DNA of 64,000 nucleotides from Tubiluchus corallicola (lineage: Eukaryota; Animalia; Priapulida), in contig JAQGDQ010000054.1 of assembly GCA_030141605.1 (NCBI GenBank), positions 736,910-800,909 of the forward strand, given 5' to 3'. Below, one piece after another: positions 27,515 through 42,711 of this stretch. Under the pieces are notes generated by a model that made no database searches, was not told where the DNA came from, and saw nothing but the letters and a program-made list of their open reading frames with translations. Both the position numbers and the translations under genes were made by a program. Positions within the stretch are counted from its first letter, which is position 1. Each line of letters begins with the position of its first letter.

Positions 27515-30500
27515 ACGAGAGTGAACGTCTTATTTAGCAACTCGGTTATCTGTAGTAACACGGTCCCCAAAGTGATTCTAGTCCCAGATCCTGCATTATG
27601 TTTTGCGACATTCTACGATTCCTACTTGTTGTGCTACAGCAAGGCTCTACATTCTCATTAGTTTTGCAAACATTTACTTAAATTTTGAAATGTCACGGGA
27701 CGTCTGTTCATTTGCGAAAGGAAATGCGAAAGCCTTTAATGCATCGTAAAACAGCATGAACGTATCTGATTTCAGAAAAGATTTCTCTAACAGGTAGTAT
27801 CGGCTTCTGTATCAGAATATCAGACTAGATGACGTACATGGGTGATTCTCTGAAAAAATGTTTATTTACGTCCCTTGAACGATGGTTCTCCTTAACGTAG
27901 CCTTTGTCACAGATGTATACTTAGCACACAGTAAGCCGGAATCTAGCATTCAAAAGCAGGGTCTACTCAACGAGATGTTTGTGGCATTAGAGTTAGATGT
28001 TTGTATCAAGGACATCTATCTAACTCTAAGCTGACGCACTGAACTGGTAGAGGGATTTCATCCTTTTTTTTACGAAAAAAGGTGTTTCAGCCTCGTTCCA
28101 AGTACGAGGTAAACAGAAGCGAAAGTTCGCGAATGATACCGCCAGGAACGAGTATTGAACCCAGAGTAGTGAGAGGTTACACGCCCCTCGCGTAAATGCG
28201 TTTAAATGCGTGTGCACTCTCTATCTGTTCACCTTGAAAATCGTCACAACTGGTTACGAATCTTATCGTACCCCCATTTAGCTGAAAATAATGAAATAAT
28301 TCACAAAATGCACTACATATGTAACACAATTTTGGTATCCAGCAATTACGTTTTTTTGTAACGAAAGTACGAGATGACAGTAATCATGACAGATGTTAGT
28401 TACTATGACAGTAATCAGACTACGTCACCTTGTAGGTCAAAATGAGTTCACATAACAAAGTTTTGTAATGGATATAAGACAAACAGATCTTCAAAATAAA
28501 ATATCGGATATTATCCGAGTTTTCTATGAAGCTTACATTCATTTTCCCGGAAGACAGGTCTGGCATTTCTGTGATCAAACACTGACAAAGTAAATGTAAG
28601 AAAATCTTTCTCAAATTTGTAATTGGTGAGTCGTGCACCTGCTAGTACATTTCGGTGATGATACAAAAATTTGTCATACCGAAGTCATACAGTGTTCTGT
28701 TCTAAAATATGTAAAGTAACGAATTTACCATAATTCTATCTTAAAGAAAAATCATAATGCAAAAAAGTAATTATTATATGCCGATCACTATAACATCAGT
28801 CTCTAGGCCTACTACTTACGATGATGATTGGAAATTTGATTTGCATGGAACACGATTTAAATGGAGAGCTTTGTAATCTTGTCGGATGCATTCACAGGCT
28901 TACATTCGTTTTCAAAAACTGACCCAGCTTAGCTTATTAAGCCAAAACACAAAGAAATGAATATATTTCCATTTAAATCATTTAAGTCATGCCTTGTAAC
29001 TAACCTACCTCTAAAGACGCAGAAGATTAATTAATATTTATCGTGATATATATTCATAATGAATATTTGTTAAACTATTTTTAGGCGTCACTTTTAAAAT
29101 TATTACTCTTTCGCCCAGTCTCCAAATTTCACATGTACAAGAACAGCAGCGCCAGCGGCAGCAGCAGCAGCAGCAACAACAACATATTTTTAAAGCATTT
29201 GTTTAGTGTACGCACTTTGAAACACCATCACAACCCAGACATTAATCCCAACCTTAACTCTAACCCTAATTCTAATCCTAACTTAATCCTAATCCGCTTC
29301 ACGAACTAATTGCTTGTGTGGAGGGATTGTAAACTTTAGTCCATTTTGATTTGACAAACCCACGAAAGTTTAAAAAACTATTGCGATTTCGATTACCCAG
29401 CAAAAATTTAATTTCAATGAACCCGGGCAATTAATAAGTTCATAATTATTTTGCCTATACAAGACATGAGAAAACGACAAAAAAGATTCGGAACTGTACC
29501 CTTTGTAATGTGAATAACTGAGGGCGGTAATTCTGCATTTGGACTTCTACGTAATTTAGCCTACCTGATGTTGTGCAAGCGTGGATTAACACTGAACATA
29601 AAGATAAGAAGATTGTGCTCGGTACTCGTAAAGAAGATTAGAGGTGTAGAAAGCAGATTATATCACAGTTACCACCTGATCACCACATCTTCAATGCCGG
29701 AAAAACAAGTATTACACGACCGCACATGTTTCTTAATGGTAATTAACAAATTCATGAAGACAACTCTCTCATAATCAACAAAGACTCGATTATCGAAACA
29801 TTGACGCCGGTTGCAGCAAATAATTACATTTTTGAACTGCAGCTTGCTGTTTTGCAATCGGTCGCCATGCTCGTTTAGTCTTACTTGAGTCGGCCTATAA
29901 GTAATCACTTTCACGTTGCAAAACAAACTCCAACGGAGCTTATTTCATTGCACGCGAAAGAGCAGGTCAACTCTAAAAGTTGAATAAATCACTTGAATTA
30001 GTGTGAATTGTATATTTCCTTGGATTTTTTTAAGTAACATATGAGAGATATAACTGCAGCTGCATTATTTAGTATTGAAACAAATTTCAGTAGATGGACT
30101 TTCTCTATTTCTTCACTGTGGTGCAATAACATGAAAAACTATATAATTGCACACAAACGTCAAATCACAGCACTGCTAACTAAAATAAGGATGCCGTTTG
30201 CTGCCATAAAAAAGAAAATTACTTGTGTATTATGTTATGTTACATCATAAAAAGTTAGTGTTATGTATTTTTGTGACATATTAAATTAATATCATAGAAA
30301 ATGTTACGATAACTATTCCTCAAGATGTCTTGAACTTCAGACTGAAGATATACATAGGCTTTCTTGCACAAACTTTTCAGAGAATTAACCCCAATCTTGA
30401 ATAACCCAATCACGGCCATGGACTACTCGACTAAAATCAGTCCCTGATCTGGTACTGTAAGCTACCTAGCAGAACTCTTTATAGTCTTAGAGTTGTTACG

Positions 30501-33500
30501 CCTTTTTCATTTCAATTATATGATAGTGCACTTCGGCTATTGCGCAAAGTGTTATCAATTACTGTTGTAGAGCCTAGACTGAAGTTTGCGAAGTAGTGTG
30601 CTAATAAATAAGATGCATGATTAAGGCTGAACTACTCGGTTATTGGCTAGCGTTGCTCCACAGCTATTAATTGCTGCAGTTTTGAGGGAATGCAAACACG
30701 GCAAACGCGTGGAACTTTAATTAACGCGCCACAAACAGTGGTTGTTCTTAAACGCTTACACTCCTAATGCACAATACAAGTGCTTTGTGGGGAAAACACG
30801 TTTAAATATAAAGCTTCGACAAAAACCTAGAACACGTGCAAGCGTTGTTTCTGAAGATTAGACCTGCGGGATGCTATGGTAGCATATCGTTCAATGAGAC
30901 ACATTGTTATAACTAAACATTGGCCCGGAAGTCAAAAGGGAAGTTTGTTCTTCTACCAATTGCAAATCAATTATTTAGAAACAGTTTGGATGAAAAAGAA
31001 GTAATAAGACAGACAAAGCGGACGACAGCCTATCTCAGATGCGCTAATACGTAAGTGTTTTCAGTGAAAGAAATTGTATACTCAAAAGAAGTACAGAACA
31101 AATTAACAGGTGATTGAACAAATTGGAACTATTGTCCTCTGAGAGAGAAAAAAAACTTTGTGAATTGTAGAACTACCGGCAGCAGCTAATTTGCCAAGTT
31201 TTAAACAAATTGGAATCCCTGAAGTAAACTCTTACAACAAAGGAAAGAGTGGAAAACTTGGCGATTGTAGAACTGCCGCCCGCAATTCAGAATAAAGCTG
31301 TGATGAGCAGCGCTAAATTCACCTTTAGTATTAAATTCAAATCATAGCTTTGTTCACATCTACTTCAACGCACTGTGTGCGACAGATGAAAAAATATTAC
31401 ATTTAGTAACGAAGTACAGCTTGCGAAACTTTTAGCGTGATGTCACTGGTACTTTATTATTGCAGCTTGTCTGTTTCCTGATAATTTCTCCTTTTTAAAA
31501 TGTGTCATTGCCAGGTTGTCTTGTGCTGCTCAAACAATGCTTTCGATAAAGACTGATCATTTTACCTTTTCCAACAGATAAAATTGGTGGAGAACATAGA
31601 TTCTTATAGGTATGATCGTCTGATCGACCACAGCTTTGAGCCTGAGCAGATCGTGTATACTCTCTGACTTAGTGTGAGGTTCAAAAAAGAAAGTAAAACT
31701 GAAAACTAAGTAGTAATGCTTTTCAGACAGCATCTTAAGCCTTCAAAAGAGTGGTCCATGTATTTTAGACAATTAGAAAAATAGGAAAACAATTAGGACA
31801 ATTAGGAATTCTAGCATTTTTTGAATATGCAAATGATGTTCAAGAGAAGAAAGACCGCTTTAAATCTTCCCGTCAAAATATTGTTCATAATGTGTTTAAA
31901 TTTTGGTTACCGTGTAATTTTTGTGCACCTCTATTCTGTGCTCTGTTTCCCAGATCATTTTTTCGCCTCCTTGTAGATGGGGTGATTCTATTTCGGGCAA
32001 AGAGAGGCAATGTTCTTTTCTGATCTTACATTCAGGAAAATAGGGAGAAATATTTCAAAATATAGAGAAATGGAGGCTACCATAAAAATCGGGAATCAAG
32101 AGCGTCGGCATGTCTTTCCCCTAACCTAGGTTAAATATAATTTTTATGAAATTTAACCAGAAAAACTAACTTAATCATTAGTTTTCATTACCATGCATGT
32201 GACTCTGAAAATCCGACTAGCTGCCTACTCGTTGTTTCTATACAGGTACAGTTTAATCAGTAAATTGATTCCCTCCTTACTCGGTATGTTCTTAAAGTAT
32301 CTTTTTGACCGTCTGAGATATGTTGTCTGGTGTAATTTGTGCAAATTTAGGAAGAAAAATTCTGATGCAGTAGCATTTTGCGTTTTCCGCATATACATAC
32401 GCGCGTACATTAAAGGAAAACCGGACGATTGTTTAGACTCAATCCCATTTTAATTTACTGTCCAAAATATACATTTTCTTGCCTGTAAAAGTTAGCATTT
32501 GTTTGCATATAACAATATTTGAATAATTAGTTTAGAAAGTTGATTAACGGCGACCGAACACAGCTATTGCTTACGTCAGAAACTAACCACAGTTTCTGCC
32601 ATGGCAGGCATCTTTCCTTGCGGGTCATGCACGTTTGCGTAAGTGTTACTGCTTAAACGCCTTAGAAACTAACACTGCAGTTCATGATCATGGTTATCAC
32701 GGTATCTCCTTCTATTTGTCGGCTACGCGAGTGTGACGAATCTTAGTAGATTCGCTGAGCCGCGCGTAGCTTTGAAAGTTTAACGAAATTTGATTAAATC
32801 TATTATTAAATTATTATTACTATACGAAAATTAAGTTAATCTATTATAGTAAATTACTATTTAATCTGATTTTAAAAAAGCTGTTGCAGTTTTCAATATT
32901 TTAGAATATTCTTTTTTCTGAACTAATGTTTACACAGTCATACGGTTTTCCTTTAAGGTAGCTAGAGATACCAGCGACGTCACAGCAAAACTAACACGAC
33001 TTAATTTTGTTACGTCACTTGTACAAAGCTTTTCGCTAGCTTTTTGAATACGATAAGGTTATCAGCAATGTCTAAACTACATTTTAACACCTAATCATGT
33101 TTTGCCTTCAGTGCTGGATTAAATAATTGAGAAGTAAGGTGTACCACAAAGAAGGCGACAAAAACTGTCAACAAAGCTAATTAATCGTGCTTAATAAAGA
33201 TACTGTTGCACGTGCTTCCACGGAGATTGTGACTGTGACATGCCCTGCAGACTGACGAAGTCAGTATTGCAGCATAAGTGCATGTCAAAAATTTTATTCG
33301 GGAATCTAATGCAATAGCCTCAAAACTCGCCTAACTATTGTGAAGTCGCCTGAGTGTCAGGGACCTTGAGAATTGAGCGATAAAATACCAGCAGTTTGAT
33401 AACAACTTAAGTCTGAACTGGTTCAACTAGAGTTAAACAATTGATAGATTTCCGTTATACCTAAGGAGAAAGTTATTTCAAGAGTACTGGGAACCCTCTT

Positions 33501-36500
33501 TTCCACAAGGTTCAAGCCTATATATAAGTGTGTATTAGCATGAACGTTTGCATTGCATTGCAGTTTTATGTGTACATAATAAGGCTTCACTGCTGAGCCC
33601 ACGTGTTTATCAAACCGAGTCGGCAGGAAATTAATTTCTCAAGTAAAAATTCCCAGAATGCCAACGTAATTTTGCCTCTTATAATGGATAACAATAAACG
33701 TTTTCAAATGATGAACCAGGCCATTACGACTTTCTTATACTAATGAACAAACGGCGATGATAAATAATCCGTGCCGTGAATAATAATGACAATAATGAAG
33801 AATTTTCAATTAACGTTGCCTTTACAAAAACAGCAAATTTCACTATTTCAAGGAAATCGGTTTAAAGTAACACTAAATCTCCACTATAATATAAGCTTTT
33901 GCAACTTAAAATCTTACTCTCAATACGATTATTCAATTTATTTTATGATAAACTTACTGTAAAACTTGTTTCTTTTGAATTTTATCACTTCGTAGTTAGA
34001 GGTATTAAATTTGAACAACCGTAATTTCCTGTTAGATATCCAAGTAATATTCCAAATTGCTAATTCTGTGGGTAAATTTGCTTATAACATTAAAATTGCA
34101 TGAGACTGCTCATTGATTTTACATATTGAGACTGCCATGACGTGACGTCACCAAGCTGATGGTAAACAAGATTATGAGCTAATTGCGGGGCTTCATTAGA
34201 CGGACAACAATTCTATACACTGTTTGCCTCACGCTATATTAATCGTTAATGTACACTTTATAGCACGTTTAGCTAAGATTAGAACATATTATGTTGTAAT
34301 ATATGCATGTTAAATCTAAACATGTATTCGTGACACTCTGTTTCGCACAATATTGTACTTGCTCAAAACTTGCGCTCGTAATAGGCCTACTTGCAGCTTT
34401 CTGTAGTCTGTAAAATGTTAGCATTTTCATCTTGACTCGAACTTACACTCCAAAAGATATTGAAACGCTATGACTTTATTAGCATACATGTAATTAAAAA
34501 TAATCATCAATGAATTGATTTTGGCAGTGGCACTATCAAAATTGCATCATTTTTTCTCATTTCTGTTCGGTTCAAGCTGAATGTACAGAGAAAGCTTAAA
34601 AAAATTGGCCTTAAAAAGTTTTTCTCGTTTATTAATTAATAATTGTGTATCAATGAGACATTTTTTATTTCTGGATTAACCTATTTTTCGCTCCAATTTC
34701 ACTGCCGATACTTTGTTCTTGGAACCGAACCAAGCGCGTGGCTCCTGGAACTAAACTAAACTAAAAGACAAAGAGCTTTAAACTAAAGTTAAATGACGTT
34801 TGAGCACTTTCAAGAGAAAGCGTGTAGCAACGCCAAAAATATACTTCTCGTTGTTGAATTCACTATACCTTCTTTGTCCCTGCAAGCAATAAACATACTT
34901 CTAATTTGGTGGAGGCGCTTTCTTCTAAAAGTAGGAGATCACACAATACAATGCTTTCGCCGATAGTCTTGTGTGAACACAAAAATTAGGAACCTCTTTG
35001 GGTGAGCGTAATTTTGTCACATGTTAACAACTTTTTCACCCATTTGTATACTAACTATTAATTGCAATGTCAAATATAAAGTACGTGTAATGAACATATT
35101 ATATAGTAAGTTATAATGACTATGAAACACGTACGATTTTAGTCCACTTAGCCATAGTGAGTTACGCGATTATATCTGAATGTGTGTCAGCGTCCTATCA
35201 CAGGCACTTCATTAATTTTGAAGCCAAACGGCAGACTATTATAAGAACAGCTAATATGATACCATTTTTCACTTAACCACAGCTGGCAGCTGACAGAGCA
35301 GAGAAATTAATTAGTCTCACAGCGTGTGCAGAAACAATGGACGCCTTTTAAATTAAATTCTCTGTTCTCTATCATCACCTGTGTCCGAGCTACAATAAAT
35401 GAGGAAATAATTCAGGTTGTTCAACGTAGGCTAGTATTCAGGCTAAAACGTAATTTTTATTAAAGTCACACAGAATAAGAACTAGTTAGAGCAAGCAATT
35501 TACTTTCAGACACTGTACTTTCCTACTAGATGGCGCTTTCTACAAAGCACAATAGTGCCACATGTGCCCCGCAACAGTTCTTGTTGCTTATTTTATTTTA
35601 TTTATTTATTTACTACTCTGTTTCAGATGCTGGGTCCATAAAATACAAAAAATTCGTAAGAAACGTAAAAGTAGTATAAATAAATGGAAGAGAAATGACA
35701 AAATATACAAATTACAAACGATTAAGAAACAAATACAAATTAGTCTAGAATTATTGATGTCAGAAAATAAAAGTCAGTCAGGAATAAGATTTTTAAAGCA
35801 ACAGACATCGTACCATAGGCCTGTACAGTGTACAGTGTACAGTTTGTTCTAAAAGCTGATTTTATTGGTAAATAGCTGTACAATTCCGATATACCACTTA
35901 TAAAAAAGCCTTTATCAGAGTTTAGTTAAAAATAAAAATGCTCAAACACACATATTGAATCGTTATCAAAAATTCTACGTATGATGATGATGAAACAGAT
36001 TGTTTATTCACCTAAACCCATTCTAAATTGTACATTGTATTATGTAGTCTTTATAAAAAAATTCTTATTTAGATTTTTTGTACGCAGTATTATTTGTTTG
36101 CACTGGACACATTTACCACTATACCAGATCATTTAACCTTAATGGCTAGTCTAAAGATACCTGAACCAATGATATCATTCAGTTCTTATTATCATATGAA
36201 TCCTATGTACCCATTACATAAACGTAAAACTAAAAATATTAGAAATGGTGCACAGACGACTTGATCTATGTAAAAACTTATGAATCTACCGATGACTGAT
36301 TGTATATTCTTGAAAGATTCCAGAAAATCACAGCAGCTAATTACAGGTAACCCCTGCAATTGCGGCATTGTAATTTTAGAAAATGACTTGGGTCGTGGTG
36401 TCTGAAAGTCACCTTCCTATGCACAGTCTAATAATTGACGGTCGAACGTAAATTCCAGCAATTAGTGATATAAGCAGCCAATAAGCAATTTTACAATAAA

Positions 36501-39500
36501 TGAAGCAATACGGTTACTAAGCAGTAAAACGATTACTCATTGAATGGCGACGGATCAAAGAAAATAGAGGTTTTGCTAACCCAGAAAGCACGATTAACGT
36601 GAATAGCTAATATCGATTTCATCACTGTTTTTCTAAAGCAAAGATGTTCCATACTACGACGACCGCGGGTCAGACGACGACAGTTAGTTTAACGGAAATG
36701 ATGTTGTTGATCAACAAAATACCGACATGGCAGTGTACTGACATTGCTTTTGCTTACGTGTTAATTTGTTACGATGACAATATTCTTTTGTTCATTCGAA
36801 TTCTACCAACCTTTGTCCTCAATAGAATGGCACGCACGCATTAGTATGACTACATGAGTATGACTGCTATTTGGGTACGTAGGCACCTATTATAAATTAA
36901 AATGAAAATATTCGCATTTATATGGGACATTACGGAATGCCGCGCATCAGACTAAAATCACCTACTTAAAAATGTTACAAGAAAGTAAAAAAATCAGCAA
37001 CAACAAATAAAAACCTGTATATAGAAGGACGATATCACATATATTGATGATCATAGCACTTACTTGTACGCTCCAGAACATGGAAATGGCTTTTAACTAT
37101 CATTTATTATGCTCACTGGTAATTGAGGTTAACATTAATGATACATTACTACCACAAGCGTTAGTAGGTAGCTCACAGGTGTAGAGAATAAAAATTGCGT
37201 AGCACGCCAGATTCGTTAAATGCAATAACGTTGAAAATTGGCTAAATCACACTAACCATTTGCACGCAGACTACTTTATTTCCCAGGTGATAGGTATAAT
37301 ATACCTGTGCAGAGAAGTGAGTGAACTTTGTTTGTTAGCACTTACTGTTTATTCAAACGCAGTCAATAGCTATATAATGGGTATACGGCACTATAGTCTA
37401 TGCGTATGATAAAATATATTGACTTACGTGTTTTTGTATTGTTGAATCTGGTGTGCAGTAGAACACCTTCAAATTTGCGACATCTTACAAGCGTAAGATT
37501 ATTAAAAAAAGCTGAACATTAAACACCACAATAGTGCAGTTAACAATAGTTTTTTTCTTGGATATTTTTCATTTAAATGAAGGACCGCTAGGTTTGTTTT
37601 TAAAAATAATTGGTCATGTGTGCTGGCAAGCTGCCAGCCGTGTGAACCATCCTTACCAGGAGATATTAGTTAAAACAAAAAATATAAAAGTTTACAAAAA
37701 CAGCTTCGCCTGCAACATCAACATAGTAAAACTGAACAAATACGGGAAACATTTGTAATTTGCATTATAAATTAGGTGATGAAAAAGAAAACAGGAAGAT
37801 GGTAGTGGTGCCCGATGATCGTGATCAGAAAAACGACAAGGATTTTGACAATCATGTATAAGGTGATTGTCATGGTGATGTATACGCAGTGGTGGCCGTG
37901 GCTGTGGCGGCAACAGTGACAATTATGATGGTTGTTCTTTAAGGATCTAACTATACCTGTTTTTAGATTTAAAATCGTTTATAGTTACAATATCGTTTTT
38001 CAGTAGGCCGCTACAAGCACTTTTCACGGCATCACTGCCACATGAAATTCCAGACACAGAACATAATAATGTGTCTCATCTCTTTTACATATTGACCTAT
38101 TCTTATACAAATACAACCAGTTTTTGTTTAAAATAAAACAACCGTCCAAGGTTGAGGATTCACAAAGCATGTCGGTTTCCTACCGTTCACACGATAATGT
38201 TCATGACAGATTATCAAACTGCAGCTATCTATATCCACTTAATCCTTTAAACCATTTATTGCTTACAATGACATTGTACGCTTATAAGCAGTAATTTGTA
38301 TTAAAGAAAGAGGGGATAACGAACTGAACTGAGTGTTGCCCATGACGACGGAAATGATGATGAGGTGGTGAAAAACTCATCGGACACTCTGAAATGATTT
38401 ACCGCCTCGTGGCTTCAGCACGTGAGTTCACTCAACCAATAAATTACCAGAAAGCTTGACGGAAGTTATGAGGCTCTGACCGCAAATTGACCGTGATATT
38501 TCACTGCGTTTGTCTCATCAGCCACACAATGCTTGAAAATGTATCTCAGCAACAGTGTCGAGATGTAAAGCTGTGTTTTTGAATCAATTTATTGTATGAA
38601 TTCAGTCACTCCAAAGACAGAAGCCGCCCTTTACAGCCATTAGAAACCGTTTTGAAAAAGGGAGTTTCAACGTGACTAGTACTATATTGTACATTCGTTA
38701 TTGAGAGCAGACAATTTACGTTTACTCAAAATATTTTTGGCAGGAAACAACCGTGAATTTCAATCCTCAGAAATTCCAGATGTTCTGTCTGTAATTAAGC
38801 ACCGAGGCTCGTGGTTTGCTTCTACGAATAATGAATAAACATACTGGAAACTGTCTTTACAAGTACAAGTGCATTATACAAATATCCGTTACGTTAAAAC
38901 GACCTTTCTGAAACAGAAACTGGGCTATAACAACGCATTCTTTATGTCACCTCACCTATGCAAATTACCAGAAATATGCATACGTCATATATAAATTCGA
39001 AATAATTAAAATATAGACGTAGAAGACAATGCGCCGCCATTTTAACTCAGAAGTTCCGACCCATCAGTTGATATTAATATGTCCTATTTTTCCCAAAATC
39101 CATTTCCAAATAATAGAACATTCTGATATTTTTAGAAATGTGATCTTTTATTGTGATATGTTACGAAAAGACGGGATTTGCTTTTTCAAAAGTACGATTT
39201 CAAGTGTTTTTTGCTTCATGTGTTTTGGCACGTAACACAACTAAACGTTTTTCAGTTTGCTTTAGATGATTTAAAAAATTAACGCATCCATAACTGGTAT
39301 GGCTGTCTGCGTACCTTATACGAGAATTTGTTTCGAAAGAACTCACATTGATAAAACAAATAACAAATATTTCAACGCTCATGAAAGCAAAATGCTTCCT
39401 TTTCATCATAAATTGAGCTAATACACAGTTATTACTCCGAGTTGAATCTTTTTCAATATCTACATTGAAGCCACGACAATGCTTATCTCACGTCACACAA

Positions 39501-42500
39501 TCAGTGTTTGCAAAAACACTGAAACACTGGCTAAGAGCTGGTTTGTTTGCAGTGCATTACAAGCAACATGTTTATCGACAATAATAAGAGCGCAATGAAG
39601 TATTAATGCATGTGCTACCTAACCAAATACGGCACACAATGTGATTTTCCTGTAATAATAATACTAATGGCAACCGGAAGAGTGCATCAAGTAATTTAGA
39701 TTCATCGGACAACGAGTTGACTACTACTACTACTAATAGTAATAATATGTAATAACAATAATAACAGACTAGTCATGACATAAATTTCACACTGGCTACA
39801 GCGCAATTTCCGGGTAGGCTTACACGTTGTCTTGCTTACGATGAGATTAAGCTAAAACAAGATTTTTACTTTTACACCCATTTCTTCATGCCTAGCTACT
39901 GTTTTATGATCGTTATTAAGATAGAAAGTATCTAAATAATGTCTTCGGCTAACTGAACTTAAATTCGTAATATTTAGGGTCATAACGTAATTTATAATTA
40001 AGTAGCAGTGGTGTATTCAATTCCTGTCGCCCACTCGAGGTAATATTTTGGCGCGACTCGTACATCACTTTCATAAATAAACAAAATAAACCCAAACCAC
40101 GTTCTCAAAGCTTCTGTAGTAGCAACACCCAGTCTTTCCATAATCTGAGAAGGTAAGATGTAACAGGACTGAATAACTTCAGATCCAAAATTTCCAAATT
40201 TCCTATGACAGTTTTATTCCTTGACCTGGATGCCTGGTCCCTTTTGGCATATACCCCAAAAACTACAGATTGTTGGGAGCGATCAGTGTGTATGTGACTA
40301 ATTATCACTTGGCTGTCTGGCCAGTGCGGCTTACTCATGTGCGTAGCCGTAGAGAGTTTGTCCTAATCTTTAAAATATCCGTCAAAATGTTGGCTACTAA
40401 CTCCTGCCTGAGCCCCTACCCCATGTACCTACTCTGCAAATTTTCTAACTTCATGTATTATAGTTAAGAGTTATTCAGTATTACGACTTCTAAAATGATG
40501 ATGATGATGACTAATGATAGTAATGATGACGACGAGGACGCCGAAGATGATGATGATGAACGTGGTGAAATCAGCGTATGAATTCGCTTAGAATCCGCTG
40601 CTCACGAATTAAAACAGTACAAACTACTTTCACCACTCTTGTTATAGTGTGATGAACAGTTTCTTTTTTACTTTCATCAAACATTCTCGAATGCTAATCT
40701 CACTACATGTATTACTAAGTTTACTTTGCTGTACCGTAAACTTATATCTCAATTGTCAAATGCCATAAACTATTCTGAGAAGTAATTCGGTTAGCTATTA
40801 ATTACAGTGGACGGCAGACTTTTCCTAGCCACGGAGACCTACAATATAATTCCACGTAATTACTTAACATCGTGTTTTCGGAAAACAAGGCGCAATAAAT
40901 TGTACAAATTAATTATACATATGTGTGCATAGGGCTTGAGTTAGTCGTGCATGTAACAGAAATCCAGACTTATGCAGCCTTCCAAGTGGAACTAGTTAAA
41001 ATTATTTGTCTGTTTGCAGCTTATTCAGTAGCTCAATTGCTGTTTTGTGGATTTGTTTGTTTTGTCATGATATTTTAATTGTGGCACCTTTGGCTCCTTT
41101 GTAGTTCTTATCCTGATGGAAATGCTTTCTTTTCTCTCTATATTTTCTCTTTCTCTTTCTCTCTCTCACTCTCTTTCCCTGCTTGTCTACCTGTCTGCCT
41201 GCCTGTCTGCCTGCCTGCTCTTTCTTTCTATCAGTTTCTCTCACTGATATCGTGTGGATGTGGTTGCCAGGTCAACTCGACTATTGAGGAAAGTTAAAAA
41301 AATCAATACATAAAATAGTTGTGCGTCATTTATCAAAACTAAATTGTCGTTGAAGCAAAAAAATAATTATTCACCTACTCACCTATGATTAATTCAAAGT
41401 TACTGCTCAATGAATTTGCTTACGATCCAGTAAACTATGGAAAGACGACGTCGCTTGCAAAAATTATCAAGCACTCCCACACAAACGTGATAAAATGTAC
41501 AAAATCCAACCGTTTTGAAAGTTTGGCACTTCACGTGCCTAGTTAATATATTTAACTCAGCAATAAATATGAAAACAAATTAAATCCAGATTTGCGATTT
41601 TTAATTGACCAAACATTAAATATAATTCGAAATGTTAATAATTTTTAAAGTGCAATAGGTTTTGTTATATATTGCGGGTATAAGAAACCACATCTGTAGA
41701 TATTACTAAAGATTGTATTGCACTCAGAACTGCTAAATGATTAGTGTTTCATCACACGTGTGAGTCGCTGCACTGGCTTTTTTTTAATAATGGCGAAGTG
41801 AGTATTATACATAACTGCGTTAGCGCTGGCTTCTCGAGTAATGAACAGAACCTGCGCGCTTTTAACGGCTGCATACGTCTGCGGTATACTTTCCTCGGAT
41901 TAGCTTTCCCTAATGAATGCATTATAAGCTGATATTAGCAATGATGATGTAATCACGCAAACTGTGTTACGCACACGTAGAGGAGATAATAGTTAACATT
42001 TATCTGTGTTTCTCATGTGTCCTCATCAAAAAGGATGTACTTTCCAAAAGAAGCCAAAAGATTAGACTGCTAGGAATGTAGTGGCGACGATGATGATGAT
42101 GATGATGACGACAAGACGACGACGACAATGATGGTGATGATGACGACGATGACTATGATAATGAATTTTGTGGCATTTAGGGCACAACGCGATTGGAAAC
42201 ATCTAAATAAAATTGCGTGGAAAGAGCTGATGTCAAACTATAAACAGAGCGGAGCGGAGCGGAACAGAACAGAACAGAAACAAACAAAACAAGACTGATT
42301 AGAACAAAGGAGATTGGATTGGCCGTAATGGAATGGGAGCACAAGGCAGCGAACGATTGAGTCAGCCAGGGCTTAAGTTTAAACCAGTAATGTAATGCAG
42401 TGCTTTTTCAAAGCTGAAAACAAAACTTGGTGCATGCTTCTTTGATGCAAGAAGACCTCGAAGCTTTAGCACAGAAAAAATATAAAATCCTGAGGCGGTA

Positions 42501-42605
42501 ACCTGCAAGTCGCATTAGAGAAGTGGTGCTGACAAGCCACTGGTATAGCCATGTCTGGTGTTCCTGTCCTGCCTGTCTGCCTGTCCAATACATAAAAAAG
42601 ACTTC

Positions 42606-42654
<49 letters not shown>

Positions 42655-42711
42655 GTGATGGTGATGATGATGATGATGATGACGGCGATGATGATAATGA
42701 TGATGATGATG
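42606..42711. repeat. (GAT)n microsatellite
   Basis: Directly visible. It is the source of the poly-Met ORF. Confidence 0.95.

Noticed and set aside
29242-29295. Telomere-like (CCCTAA) hexamers
   Set aside because: The run is short and highly degenerate, so I cannot tell an interstitial telomere from a transposon-internal repeat or chance.
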